NCBI GenBank assembly: GCA_021810105.1
Contig: JAJZJM010000001.1
Location: 296,850-360,849, forward strand
Direction: 5' to 3'
DNA: 64,000 nt
From: Candidatus Micrarchaeota archaeon
GTDB lineage: Archaea > Micrarchaeota > Micrarchaeia > Micrarchaeales > Micrarchaeaceae
Position numbers and translations under genes: made by a program
The notes under the pieces: generated by a model
The model's database searches: none
What the model was told of the DNA's origin: nothing
The model's input: the letters and a program-made list of their open reading frames with translations, nothing else
In this document: one piece after another, positions 26,108 through 36,642 of the stretch
Position numbering within the stretch: the first letter of the stretch is position 1
Layout: each line of letters begins with the position of its first letter

Positions 26108-26899
26108 ATGCCATTCATTGTTTATTCTGAAAATAACCTTACATCGAAGAACATAGCAGATGCAATAAAGAAAGAGATTGAATTCGAAGAGGCAGATATT
26201 GTAGAGGGAATGCCCCACTTCAAATCCGAGAATGTGGACATGCTCGCCATGCAGGAAGGTGTACTGGATGCCAGTTTTCTTGATTCCTGCATAAAGACAG
26301 ATTTGATAATATTCCCATGCAGCCATAGGAGCGCAAAGGGAGTCCCCTCATTTACAGTGCATTCTGAGGGCAACTGGTCTGGAGAGGCAATGCTTGGAGG
26401 CCAACCAAAAAGGCTTTCTACAGCTTCGCCAGATTGGATGCTTAGTGCGTTAAGAAATCTCGTAAAAAACAATGCGACAGAACTTCCAGTTCTTTATGAA
26501 GCAACACATCATGGCCCTCTTTTGAAAACCCCATCATTCTTCATAGAGGTGGGAGGTACAGAGCAAGCGTTGTCAGATAAAGGGTATGCCGCAATTGTTG
26601 CAAAATCAATAGTGGAGACTCTGGATTCTGCTAAAGATTATGATTCATGCACTTTCGGGATAGGGAGCATGCACTATCCTGAGAAGTTTACAAGGCTTGC
26701 ACTATCCAAAGGCTACGCGTTCTCTCACATAATGCCAAAGTACTATGCACATGAGATAGATATGATAAAACAAGGAGTTGAGAGCAGTTCCATAAGCATA
26801 GATAAGGCGATCATAGAGTGGAAGGGGCTCAAGGCTTTAGATAGGAATAAAATAATAGAAGAATTAAATGTATTAGGTATAGATTATGAGAGAGTATAG
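26108..26899 (+). CDS. dtdA: D-aminoacyl-tRNA deacylase, archaeal DtdA type
   Basis: YEATHHGPLLKTPSFFIEVGGTEQ matches the DtdA family signature (tHHGP...FvEiGS). The length of 263 aa fits. Confidence 0.7.
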   Translation: MPFIVYSENNLTSKNIADAIKKEIEFEEADIVEGMPHFKSENVDMLAMQEGVLDASFLDSCIKTDLIIFPCSHRSAKGVPSFTVHSEGNWSGEAMLGGQPKRLSTASPDWMLSALRNLVKNNATELPVLYEATHHGPLLKTPSFFIEVGGTEQALSDKGYAAIVAKSIVETLDSAKDYDSCTFGIGSMHYPEKFTRLALSKGYAFSHIMPKYYAHEIDMIKQGVESSSISIDKAIIEWKGLKALDRNKIIEELNVLGIDYERV

Positions 26900-28874
26900 A
26901 CTGGCTCTGATATTAATTCTTGCTTTGGTACTGGCTCTGAGAACCGTACCTTATGCTTCTGCCCAGTATTGGTTTCAATCCGGGGCTTACGGAGGGCTGT
27001 CATCCCAATATAACAGTGGCGCTAGCGGATACATAGAGACCGTATACCCTCAGTATTTAAATAATGGGTCTTATGGTTTCTGGATTGGAGAGACACTGAG
27101 CAATAATGCATTCATACAGGTAGGTTACGAGATAACCAATAGCTCCGGATATTATCCGCAGGAGTGCAGCCCTTCCAGTTGCAACGGATCCACATACATA
27201 ACTGCGGGTTATCCAACTTGGTTCTGGGAATATTTCCCTGCAAATTATAATGGAACAAATTTCTATGGAGGGATCGGATCAAACGATTCTGTTGGAACAA
27301 ATGGAACATTCAATAGATACTATTTCGTGCTTAATGGAAGCTCTTGGGACTTCTATTTCAACAAACAACTTATAGGAACCGCTAACGTTGGCACTGAAAG
27401 CTCTGGAATCAATTCTCCTGCTGCTTATGCAGAACTGGCGAACACCAACACAAATCAGAATTTCATGTACAAGGTTATGTTCAAAAACATTTCATATTAC
27501 AAAAACGGGGTGCCATACCTGCTTGAGAAAGGCTATGCTTATATCGGATATGGGAGGAATAGCAATACCTCTTTAAGCAACACTTATGGAGTTAAGGAGG
27601 TAAATAATCGTGCAAACTTCTTTGAAGTCGGATCTGGACTGCCAGTAGTTGCAAATGGGTCATTGCTATGGAACAATCTGTATAGATTAAACATATCTTC
27701 ACAGTATGGAAATAGCACAGGTTCTGGATACTATTCAACCTTCTCCGAAGCTCACTTTTCTGTACCAAAATCAGTAGTTGTTGGCAATGGAACTCGCGCT
27801 TACTTTGTAGGTTGGGCTGGTAGAGGCCCGGGTGCATATACAGGACCATCAAATAGCAGTAGTGTTGCAATATCTGGCAATATATCCGAAACTGCTTTAT
27901 GGGATGTCCAATATTACGTGAATGCGACATCAGATTATGGTAATGTGAGTGGAGGCGGGTGGTACGACTCAGGGAGTATAGCTACAATATCGATAGATAA
28001 AACTTTGATTAATTTTTCTAATGGAACCAGGGAGATTTTCTCAGGATGGAACAGTGGGCAGCCTTCTTCATCCATATCTATTGCTGTAAACAAGCCAGAA
28101 AACATTTCAGCGGAGTGGACGCGCCAGTATTTCCTTGGGCTTACCACCCAGTATGGAAAGGGCAGCGGTGAAGGATGGTACAATTCAGGCTCTAGCGTTG
28201 ACATAAGCCTTTCTCAAACTCTTTTTAATCAGACAAATTCGAGCGCTATAGCATTCTATTCCTGGGGAGGAGAATATAATGAAAGCAATACCACAGTCGT
28301 AATGAATGGTCCCGTTTATTTGACAGCAATATTCAATAAGGAATATGCAGCACGCCTTTACCCGCAAAATGAGGAGGGGCAGTATCTTCACAACGTAACC
28401 TTTTATCTAAGCAATGGCGATTCTGGGACTGAGTTCTTGCTATTCTCCGGAAAACAATATAGAGTAGTCTCTGCTGAGTACAAAGGCACAAGGATGAACT
28501 TGAACTACAGCCTGAACATCTCCTCTCTAAAATCATTCTATCTGAAGTTGCCGGTATATAACTTGAATATCAGTGCTACAAGCATGCTTAACGCCCCTTT
28601 GAATGCTAGCGCATATGTAAGTTTCAGCAATGGGTCTAGCTCTTACATATATCTTGGCAGAAATGGTACTTCAATGATTAGGAATGTGACTTTTGGGAAG
28701 GTCTCAGGTTACATGAAATATGGGTTTATAACTGAAGCATTCTCATCAACAGGAAAAAGCGAAGTCAAGGTGGTATTCATAACATTCGATATGCTGGTGC
28801 TAATAATTGCGGTAATAGCGGCAATGGCCTTGGGGCTTTTATTGCATAGCAGGGCAATGAGAAATAAAATTTGA
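26886..28874 (+). CDS. Secreted, C-terminally anchored protein: beta-rich N-domain plus three ~75-aa GxGWY-type repeats
   Basis: There is a signal peptide (LALILILALVLALRTVPYASA). Three repeats each carry a G.G.[WY]Y motif (GSGYYSTF, GGGWYDSGS, GEGWYNSGS) and end in ...[AL]xW / ...AIF. The C-terminal TM is VLIIAVIAAMALGLLL plus a basic stop-transfer. It has many N-x-S/T sequons. Confidence 0.7.
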   Translation: MREYRLALILILALVLALRTVPYASAQYWFQSGAYGGLSSQYNSGASGYIETVYPQYLNNGSYGFWIGETLSNNAFIQVGYEITNSSGYYPQECSPSSCNGSTYITAGYPTWFWEYFPANYNGTNFYGGIGSNDSVGTNGTFNRYYFVLNGSSWDFYFNKQLIGTANVGTESSGINSPAAYAELANTNTNQNFMYKVMFKNISYYKNGVPYLLEKGYAYIGYGRNSNTSLSNTYGVKEVNNRANFFEVGSGLPVVANGSLLWNNLYRLNISSQYGNSTGSGYYSTFSEAHFSVPKSVVVGNGTRAYFVGWAGRGPGAYTGPSNSSSVAISGNISETALWDVQYYVNATSDYGNVSGGGWYDSGSIATISIDKTLINFSNGTREIFSGWNSGQPSSSISIAVNKPENISAEWTRQYFLGLTTQYGKGSGEGWYNSGSSVDISLSQTLFNQTNSSAIAFYSWGGEYNESNTTVVMNGPVYLTAIFNKEYAARLYPQNEEGQYLHNVTFYLSNGDSGTEFLLFSGKQYRVVSAEYKGTRMNLNYSLNISSLKSFYLKLPVYNLNISATSMLNAPLNASAYVSFSNGSSSYIYLGRNGTSMIRNVTFGKVSGYMKYGFITEAFSSTGKSEVKVVFITFDMLVLIIAVIAAMALGLLLHSRAMRNKI

Positions 28875-28881
28875 ATTTAAT

Positions 28882-31659
28882 TTGAAAGGTTGTTTTGTGG
28901 CAGATATATATTCGAATTTTCTTGAGAGGTACGGAAATCTCACTTTGGTGCAGAATGTTGCACGCCCCATAATAGAAAAAGGCGATAACTGCATAATAGT
29001 AGCCCCTACAGGGTCTGGCAAAACAGAAGCCGCACTGCTACCTGCAATAAAAAGGCTTCATGATGAAAGCGCAGAGCTGCGTGGCATAAGGATAATATAC
29101 ATAACCCCGCTGAGGGCATTGAACAGGGACCTGATGAAAAGGCTGGCGTGGCTGTGCGACAAAGCCGGCATAAGCATATCAGTTAGGCATGGAGATACAA
29201 CGCAATCAGAGAGAAAACAGCAAGAAAAAAATGCGCCGGTATTGCTTATAACAACTCCTGAAACACTCCAGAGCATACTGCCCAGCAAGGCATTTTCAAG
29301 TCATTTGAAGAATGTCTCCTTTGTCATTGTAGATGAAATACATGAGCTTTATTTCAATAAAAGAGGGGCGCAACTCTCTGTAGGGCTTGAACGGCTGGAG
29401 GAGCTTTCCAGAGGATTCGTGCGGATAGGGATAAGCGCAACAGTATCCAAGCCCGAAGAGATAGGCAGGTTTTTATGCGGAGGGCGAAAATTCCACATAG
29501 CAGCATCAGAAACTAAAAAGATGACAGATATTAAAGTGCATCTGCCCAAGATTCCCTCCGGTTTGATATCAAAAGAGATGATATCTGATTTCGCCCTTGA
29601 CGATCCTTCAACTGCAAGGCTTGAAGATATAATAAAAACAATCAAGGATTCCAAATCCACACTGATATTCGGAAATACACGACAGGTTGTAGAAGCTCTT
29701 GGCAGCAGGTTGATAGCAATAAACAGAGTAGAGGGCTTTGGAGGAATAGGCGTACATCACGGCTCACTTGACAAGAAGGACCGTATAGAGGTTGAGGATC
29801 TTTTTAAGACAGGAAGAATAAAATCGCTGATATCTACAAGCTCCTTGGAATTAGGAATAGATATTGGTGATATAGATCATGTAATTCAGTATGGATCGCC
29901 AAGGCAGGCAGTAAGGCTTGCACAGAGAGTGGGAAGGAGCGGGCATTCCGAGAAAAGGACTTCGAAAGGGCTCATAATATCATCAAGCCGAATAGATGCG
30001 CTCGAAGCGCTCTCAACCATAAAATGCATGGAGGATGGCAAATTGGAAGAGTTTGCTACGATAAAAGGGCCATTGGATGTCCTTTGCAATCAGATATGCG
30101 GAATTGCGCTGGATAAGAGAGAGGTAGAGATAGATTATGTGAAGGGTATAATTAGATCCTCTTACTGCTTCAGTGACCAGAAAGACGAGGAATTTGAATC
30201 CCTGCTGCTTTTCATGAAAAAGCAGCACCTTGTGTCTGTTGATGGAACCAAGATATTCGCATCAGGAAGCACAAGAATGTACTATTACTCTCATTTGAGC
30301 TTCATACCTGATAGCAAAAAGGTTTTGGTTAAGAACGTATCCGACAATAGGATGATCTCTTCGCTTGATGAGCGTTTTGTAGCTGCAAATCTAGAGGAGG
30401 GAACGGTTTTCATAGCTAAAGGGCTGCCTTGGAAGATTGTAAGCATAGATGATGAATCTATAAGCGTGGAACCTTCGGAGAGCCTTGATGGAGCAATCCC
30501 AGATTGGGTGGGAGAAGACATACCTGTATCGTGGAGAGTGGCCGATACGACTTTGAATTATATTCTGGATCCATCCAAAATCCCATTTGAAAAGATGAAT
30601 CAGGTTACTTTAAATGCTGTGACAGACTTTTGCTCTGAGCAGGGAAAGGCTTGGAGCGAGATTGCAGGCAAAGTGGTTATAGAGAGGCTTGATGATAAGG
30701 TAATATTGCATTCTGGTTTGGGCACTATGGCTAATGAAGGGCTTTCGAAAATACTGTCAAAACTGATACTTTCATTTACAGGAAAAGGCGTTACAGTTCG
30801 CTCTTCTCCGTATATGATAATGTTTGAAGGAACTTCAGACATAAAATTGGATTATCTTATGAGCAGAATACCAAGCCACAGAGTCAACTCAATGCTTGAA
30901 GATGCGATAAAAGAGAGCGATATGTTCCGCTACAATTTCATATACGTAGCTAAGTTTTTTGGAGTAATAGACAGAAAGGCAACCGTATCAAAATCAATGA
31001 GCAAGCGTTTGATGCGAGTACTTTCAGATACTCCGGTTTATAGAGAAACCATAAGGCATTTGATGAATTTGCTTGATATCGAGGTGCTTAAAACATTTAT
31101 CCAGAGGATTGAGGAAGGAACGCTAAGGCTTGTAGAGGTAAATAACCCCGACATATCTCCGCTTGCTCAGGAAGTTCTTAATTCGGCATATTACACTATG
31201 GAGCTGGTTATGCCCATCGCCCCAAGCAAAGCGATAATAGACTCATTCTCAAGTTTCATAATGAACAAGAAGACAGAGCTTTTGTGCACTTATTGCGGGT
31301 TCTATTTCGGAAGGAGCGTTAAAGAGCTCTGGGGGCAGTGCAGCATACACTGCCCTTCGTGCAATAGCGTAATGATATGCAGATATTCTGAAGAACGGCT
31401 CAATGCGGTAAAAAAGAGGATTGCGGGAAAGAGGTTTAATGCGCAGGAAAAGAAGATTTTTGCTGAGGCAATGGCGGATGCCGGACTTCTCAGCTCTCAT
31501 GGAGGAAAAGCCATAGCTGCATTGAATACATACGGTGTCGGGGCATCAGGGGCAGCAAGAATACTTCTTATGCAGCGTGTTGATGATTCATTATTCTACC
31601 GTGACTTGATAGAAGCGCAGAAACGCTTTATAAGGACTAAAAAGTATTGGCGCGTCTAA
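28882..31659 (+). CDS. Lhr-type DEAD/DEAH-box superfamily 2 helicase
   Basis: Motif I is APTGSGKTEAA and motif II is VDEIHE. Further motifs are SAT, TSSLELGIDIG and QRVGRSGH. A long C-terminal extension carries a CTYCGF...CPSCNS zinc ribbon. The start codon is uncertain (TTG 28882 or GTG 28897). Confidence 0.8.
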   Translation: MKGCFVADIYSNFLERYGNLTLVQNVARPIIEKGDNCIIVAPTGSGKTEAALLPAIKRLHDESAELRGIRIIYITPLRALNRDLMKRLAWLCDKAGISISVRHGDTTQSERKQQEKNAPVLLITTPETLQSILPSKAFSSHLKNVSFVIVDEIHELYFNKRGAQLSVGLERLEELSRGFVRIGISATVSKPEEIGRFLCGGRKFHIAASETKKMTDIKVHLPKIPSGLISKEMISDFALDDPSTARLEDIIKTIKDSKSTLIFGNTRQVVEALGSRLIAINRVEGFGGIGVHHGSLDKKDRIEVEDLFKTGRIKSLISTSSLELGIDIGDIDHVIQYGSPRQAVRLAQRVGRSGHSEKRTSKGLIISSSRIDALEALSTIKCMEDGKLEEFATIKGPLDVLCNQICGIALDKREVEIDYVKGIIRSSYCFSDQKDEEFESLLLFMKKQHLVSVDGTKIFASGSTRMYYYSHLSFIPDSKKVLVKNVSDNRMISSLDERFVAANLEEGTVFIAKGLPWKIVSIDDESISVEPSESLDGAIPDWVGEDIPVSWRVADTTLNYILDPSKIPFEKMNQVTLNAVTDFCSEQGKAWSEIAGKVVIERLDDKVILHSGLGTMANEGLSKILSKLILSFTGKGVTVRSSPYMIMFEGTSDIKLDYLMSRIPSHRVNSMLEDAIKESDMFRYNFIYVAKFFGVIDRKATVSKSMSKRLMRVLSDTPVYRETIRHLMNLLDIEVLKTFIQRIEEGTLRLVEVNNPDISPLAQEVLNSAYYTMELVMPIAPSKAIIDSFSSFIMNKKTELLCTYCGFYFGRSVKELWGQCSIHCPSCNSVMICRYSEERLNAVKKRIAGKRFNAQEKKIFAEAMADAGLLSSHGGKAIAALNTYGVGASGAARILLMQRVDDSLFYRDLIEAQKRFIRTKKYWRV

Positions 31660-32195
31660 TTGCTTTTGTTAGGCTTGATTTCGACCCCATGCTGGGATGG
31701 AACAACCTTATATTTTGGATTCTCAAATCGCATTGCAAGCTCGCGGCCTTGGTAAAAATCATGAAGGAAAATTGCGATAGACGATCCGCATGTGTGAGGC
31801 TGAGAAGATATGCTTATGTTGAAGTCTGCAGCATCGTATGCGGCTTTGATTGATTCTGAGAAGCTTGTAATTAGCAGTATGTTTTTGTAAGTACTTATTC
31901 TGTATCTCATTTTTATTATGGGCATACCATATCTTGTCAGATATATCTTTAGGTAATTTCTTTTTTCTTTTATGAATTTTTCCCAATTATTGCAGAAGTA
32001 CACCGAAAAATTACCTCCCCATTTCTTATTTGCCTGTTTTATCGAGCGCTTCAATTTTGCTTCTATAGCGCTCCCTTTGGATGGAAAGAAGGTTATATTG
32101 GAGGCACCGAACGCGCGGGATATCATGCATATGTCAATGCAGGAATCGTATGAGGACTTGCCCAACACGAGAACAGATATCATTTTTATCATCAA
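31656..32195 (-). CDS. trm56: tRNA (cytidine56-2'-O)-methyltransferase aTrm56 (SPOUT family)
   Basis: ISRAFGASNITF and KKWGGNFSV match my memory of the aTrm56 pattern (ARAfGA ... wGG.F). The length of 179 aa fits. Confidence 0.6.
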   Translation of the reverse strand: MMIKMISVLVLGKSSYDSCIDICMISRAFGASNITFFPSKGSAIEAKLKRSIKQANKKWGGNFSVYFCNNWEKFIKEKRNYLKIYLTRYGMPIIKMRYRISTYKNILLITSFSESIKAAYDAADFNISISSQPHTCGSSIAIFLHDFYQGRELAMRFENPKYKVVPSQHGVEIKPNKSN

Positions 32196-32200
32196 TAAAT

Positions 32201-34615
32201 TTATATTACCTGGGCGTCCACCACTTTTGCTTCATTAGTTACTTTCATAAGCCTGACTCCGGATGCACTCCTGCCAGTCACTCTGATTTCTGATATGGGG
32301 AATTGTATTGAAATTCCTTTTGAATTTATCAATATTATAGAGCCAACGGGGCTTACTTTTATGGATTTTACAACTTTGCCTGTCTTCTCATTTGCTCTCA
32401 GGTTTATTACTCCTTTTCCGCCTCTTTTTTGTAGCCTGTATTCTTCAAGTTTGGTGACTTTTCCATATCCGTTCTCAGCTATCGTTGCAATCATATCATC
32501 CTCTTTTGCCTGGAGCATGTTCACTACGTAATCGTTTGACTTGAGGCGGATGCCCCTTACTCCATGTGCATTTCTGCCCATAGCCCTTATGTCGGATTCA
32601 TTAAAGCGCAGGGCTTTGCCATACTTGGTTGCGATGAATATGTTCTGCTTGCCATCTGAGATGCATGCGTCGGATACTAAATCATCTGCATCCATAGGCA
32701 TTGCCATAACGCCGCTGGATCTTGGTTTGGAGAATTTTTCTGCCTTAACCCTTTTTATTTTGCCTTTTTTGGTTATAATATTGAGGAAGCTATCGTTGAA
32801 GGTCCTGGTGTTGACGATCTTTTCTGGTTTTTCTCCGTCTGCGAGCTTTATCAGATTTATTGATGCCTTACCCAGACTGTATCTGCTTTCTTCAGGCACA
32901 GCATATGCCTTGAGCCAGTAAGCCCTTCCTTTACTTGTAATTATTAGAAGATAGTCCTTAGATTTGCATGTGAGGATCTGCTTTACAAAGTCTCCTTCGT
33001 GCAGCTCTATTGCTTTTATTCCTTTTCCTCCACGAGATTGCTCCCTATAGACGGAGGGATTCATTCTCTTCATATATCCGCCTTTTGTTAATATTATGGT
33101 GACCTCTTCATCTACAATAAGGTCTTCGTCTTCTATTTGATCAAAGCCTTCAGATACCTCTATCTTTGTGCGCCTTGGCCTTCCGTATTTTTCTTTTATC
33201 TCTGCAGTCTCGTCCTTTATTATCTTTACAACTGCGCCTTCGTTTTCCAGGACCTCTTTAAGCGTCCTTATATTATCATTCAATGATTGTTTTTCTGAGT
33301 TAAGCGCGCCGCTTTCGAGAGAGGTAAGCTTACCCAGTTTCATGTCAAGGATCGCATTGGCCTGCTTTTCGGATATCTTGTAAGAGTCTATGAGCCTGGT
33401 CCTTGCCTCTTTCGTGTCTGTGCTCATTTTTATCGTGCTTATTACTCCGTTTATGTCATTTATTGCTACAAGAAGCCCTTCGACTATGTGAAGGCGTTCT
33501 GATGCAACATTAAGCTCGTATTTTGTTCTGCTTTTTATTACATTTATTCTGTGGTCTACGAATGCCTTTATCATCTGTTTTATGTTGAACGTGATAAGGC
33601 TGCTCTCTATCACCGCATTATTTATGACAGGTATGGACACCTGCATCTGAGTGTGCTTATATAATGTGTTGAGAACAGAGTCGCTGTTTGCTCCTTTCTT
33701 AAGCTCTATGTATATCCTTATGCCGTCTTTGCTGCTTTCATCCCTGAGGTCGCTTATGCCCTGCACCAGCTTATTCTTAACAAGCTCTGCAATTTTCTGC
33801 ACAAGTTGTGCTTTGTTTACAGCATATGGTATTTCGGTTACGATTATGGCATCCCTTCCGTTCTTCGACTCTATTGCAACTTTACTGCGTATGGTACACG
33901 AACCGCGCCCTAGAAGATATGATGCCTTAAGAGATTGGTTGTAAAACACTATGCCGCCTGTGGCGAAATCAGGCCCTTTTATGTACTCGAGTATCTCTTC
34001 ATGTTTTATCTCGGGATTATTGAGATACGCGATTATGGCATCGCAGACTTCTATGAGATTGTGCTGCATTATGTTTGTTGTAACTCCAACAGCTATGCCC
34101 GATGCGCCATTTACAAGAAGGTTGGGAACCTTTGCAGGTAGGACTGCAGGCTCTTTTTCGGTGTTGTCAAAATTAGGTATTAACGGAACGGATTCTTTAT
34201 CTATATCGGCAAGCATCTCCTCTGCTAGCTTATTCAGCCTTACTTCCGTATACCTTTGCGCGGCTGCTGGATCTCCGTCGATGCTGCCCATGTTTCCCTG
34301 TCCCTGAACCAGAGTGTGATTCATGGAGAATTCCTGCGCCATCCTTACGAGTGTCTCGTATGCGGCTATGTCTCCGTGCGGATGGTATTTTCCTATACAT
34401 TCTCCTATTATCCTTGCGCTCTTCTTTGTGGGTTGATCATGGAAATTGCTTAGTCCGTACATAGCCCACAATATTCTTCTTTGTGCTGGTTTAAGCCCGT
34501 CTCTCGCGTCTGGCAGGGCTCTGCCTATTATGACGCTCATTGCATAATCCAAGTAGCTTGATTGTATCTCTTTTTCAATGAGGGTTTCCTGCACGTTTTT
34601 ATCTTCCATTGTCAC
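32201..34615 (-). CDS. gyrA: DNA gyrase subunit A
   Basis: SYLDYAMSVIIGRALPDARDGLKPAQRRILW and GKYHPHGD are present, with the active-site segment AAQRYTEVRL. C-terminal beta-pinwheel repeats follow. Confidence 0.95.
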   Translation of the reverse strand: MTMEDKNVQETLIEKEIQSSYLDYAMSVIIGRALPDARDGLKPAQRRILWAMYGLSNFHDQPTKKSARIIGECIGKYHPHGDIAAYETLVRMAQEFSMNHTLVQGQGNMGSIDGDPAAAQRYTEVRLNKLAEEMLADIDKESVPLIPNFDNTEKEPAVLPAKVPNLLVNGASGIAVGVTTNIMQHNLIEVCDAIIAYLNNPEIKHEEILEYIKGPDFATGGIVFYNQSLKASYLLGRGSCTIRSKVAIESKNGRDAIIVTEIPYAVNKAQLVQKIAELVKNKLVQGISDLRDESSKDGIRIYIELKKGANSDSVLNTLYKHTQMQVSIPVINNAVIESSLITFNIKQMIKAFVDHRINVIKSRTKYELNVASERLHIVEGLLVAINDINGVISTIKMSTDTKEARTRLIDSYKISEKQANAILDMKLGKLTSLESGALNSEKQSLNDNIRTLKEVLENEGAVVKIIKDETAEIKEKYGRPRRTKIEVSEGFDQIEDEDLIVDEEVTIILTKGGYMKRMNPSVYREQSRGGKGIKAIELHEGDFVKQILTCKSKDYLLIITSKGRAYWLKAYAVPEESRYSLGKASINLIKLADGEKPEKIVNTRTFNDSFLNIITKKGKIKRVKAEKFSKPRSSGVMAMPMDADDLVSDACISDGKQNIFIATKYGKALRFNESDIRAMGRNAHGVRGIRLKSNDYVVNMLQAKEDDMIATIAENGYGKVTKLEEYRLQKRGGKGVINLRANEKTGKVVKSIKVSPVGSIILINSKGISIQFPISEIRVTGRSASGVRLMKVTNEAKVVDAQVI

Positions 34616-36522
34616 ACATCCAAGAATTTAACTTCGCTTGAATGCTCCTGCAGGAATTTTCTTCTCTGCTCCACATCAAGCCCCATTAATATGCTAAACA
34701 TAGTATTTGCAAGCTCTGCGTCTCCTACAGTGACCTTCTTTAACATCCTTACCTTCGGGTCCATTGTGGTTTCCCAAAGCTGCTGCGGGTTCATTTCTCC
34801 GAGGCCTTTGTATCTTTGCACAGAGCCTTTTCCTTCATAAATTTTCATTATTGAATTAAGCTCTTGGTCGGTATAAGCATACTTTACCTCCCTGCCTTTG
34901 ATAATTTTGTATAGTGGAGGTTGCGCTATATAAACAAAGCCCTTGTCTATCAGAGGTTTCATATACCTGTACAAGAATGTGAGGAGCAAGACCCTTATGT
35001 GGCTGCCGTCTACGTCAGCATCCGTAAGTAAGATTATTTTCTTATATCTTACAGAATCTGCATTAAAGGTTTCTTTTATTCCTGTTCCAAATGCCGTAAC
35101 CATTGTATGCAGTTCCGAATTTGCAAAAATCTTGTCTTCGCTCGCTTTCTCCACGTTTAAGACTTTGCCTCTGAGAGGAAGTATGGCCTGGTAGAATCTA
35201 TCCCTTGCCTCTTTGCTGGAACCTGCCGCACTTTGCCCCTCAACTATGAATATTTCACATTTCTCTGGGTCTGTTTCTGTGCAATCTGAGAGTTTGCCCG
35301 GAAGGACCGCGCCCTCAAACATTCCTTTCTTCCTTGCCAACTCCCTAGCCCTTCTTGCAGACTCTCTAGCTTCAGCCGCATTATAGACCTTGTCCATGAT
35401 CTTTGCAGCGTCGCTTGGATTTTCTTCAAGATACCTTGACAACTCAGAATAGACAGAATTCTCTACAAAAGCCTTAATTGAGCTGTTGCCGAGCTTTTCT
35501 TTTGTCTGCCCTTCAAATTCAGGATTCTGCATTAGTATAGATATTATCGCAACTAGGCCCTCTCTTATGTCATCCCCCTCCAACTCTATGCTGCTGCCTT
35601 TTTTCTTGCTACTTTTTTGGCTATATGAAGTTATGGCCCTGGTAAGTGCCGCATGAAAGCCAGTTACATGAGAGCCGCCTGCGGGAGTCTTTATCTTATT
35701 TACAAACGAGAGCAAGTCTTCAGAATATGAATTTGCATATTGCATTATAAGCTCAAGTTTTGTCTCTCCGAGGTCTTTCTTTATTAAAATAGGTTTTGTT
35801 ATAGGTTCCTTCTTCTCCCTTATGTACTCCAAAAACTCGGGGAGCCCTTCTTTGGAATAAAATTCCGTCTCCTTGCTTGGGGGCTCTCTTTCATCTATCA
35901 ATTTTATGCGTATACCTGGGTTAAGAAATGTAAGGTCTTTGATGCGCTCTGTAAGCTGGATTGTGTCAAAGTTTTTTGCAGAGAATATCTCAGCATCGGG
36001 CTTGAATTTTATAGTAGTGCCAGTTCTCCCTTCAGAGTCTCCTGTTATCTCTAGTTCGGATACTGGAGCTCCCCTGCTGAATCTTTGCCGATATACTTTA
36101 CCATTCCTGCTTATTGTTGCTTCTAGATATTCTGAAAGCGAATTTACAACAGTAAGCCCCACTCCGTGCAGCCCTCCAGACACTTTATATGCCTTATTTT
36201 CGAACTTTGCACCGGAATGTAGAGAGGTCATTATAACCTCCAGGGCAGGTTTACCTACTTTCGATATGTTATCTACAGGTATACCTCTGCCGTTATCAGA
36301 TACCTCTGCGATATCTATACCATCCTCCCTGGTTAAGTGTAATGTTATCGAATTGGCATATCCTGCTATGGCCTCATCGATTGCGTTATCCAGAACTTCG
36401 TATAAGAGATGAAGAAAGCCCTGAGTAGATGTTGAGCCTATGTACATTGCTGGTCTTTTCCTGACTCCCTGAGGGCCGGAAAGCACCATTATGTCTTTTG
36501 CACTATAATCTACATCTGGCAT
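34612..36522 (-). CDS. gyrB: DNA gyrase subunit B
   Basis: The GHKL ATPase segments are LHLLYEVLDNAIDE, DNGRGIPV and GGLHGVG. Toprim is EIFIVEGQSAAGS. PLRGKVLNVE and DADVDGSHI are also present. The stop overlaps the gyrA start by 4 nt. Confidence 0.95.
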   Translation of the reverse strand: MPDVDYSAKDIMVLSGPQGVRKRPAMYIGSTSTQGFLHLLYEVLDNAIDEAIAGYANSITLHLTREDGIDIAEVSDNGRGIPVDNISKVGKPALEVIMTSLHSGAKFENKAYKVSGGLHGVGLTVVNSLSEYLEATISRNGKVYRQRFSRGAPVSELEITGDSEGRTGTTIKFKPDAEIFSAKNFDTIQLTERIKDLTFLNPGIRIKLIDEREPPSKETEFYSKEGLPEFLEYIREKKEPITKPILIKKDLGETKLELIMQYANSYSEDLLSFVNKIKTPAGGSHVTGFHAALTRAITSYSQKSSKKKGSSIELEGDDIREGLVAIISILMQNPEFEGQTKEKLGNSSIKAFVENSVYSELSRYLEENPSDAAKIMDKVYNAAEARESARRARELARKKGMFEGAVLPGKLSDCTETDPEKCEIFIVEGQSAAGSSKEARDRFYQAILPLRGKVLNVEKASEDKIFANSELHTMVTAFGTGIKETFNADSVRYKKIILLTDADVDGSHIRVLLLTFLYRYMKPLIDKGFVYIAQPPLYKIIKGREVKYAYTDQELNSIMKIYEGKGSVQRYKGLGEMNPQQLWETTMDPKVRMLKKVTVGDAELANTMFSILMGLDVEQRRKFLQEHSSEVKFLDV

Positions 36523-36642
36523 AAAAATACCGACGACAAATAGCTCAATTATTTGCCTGCTGGTTATTTACTTTTCGGCTTTAAAACACTTTCGGTAAGC
36601 GTTTAGTATCTTGCCTAGTACCTAATGATTTTCGTGTTAGTT

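Noticed and set aside
25668-26114. The longer 148-aa version of nuoA starting at 26114.
   Set aside because: The extra 26 residues are not NuoA-like and would overlap the divergent dtdA start at 26108. The start at M (26036) gives the typical ~120-aa, 3-TM protein.
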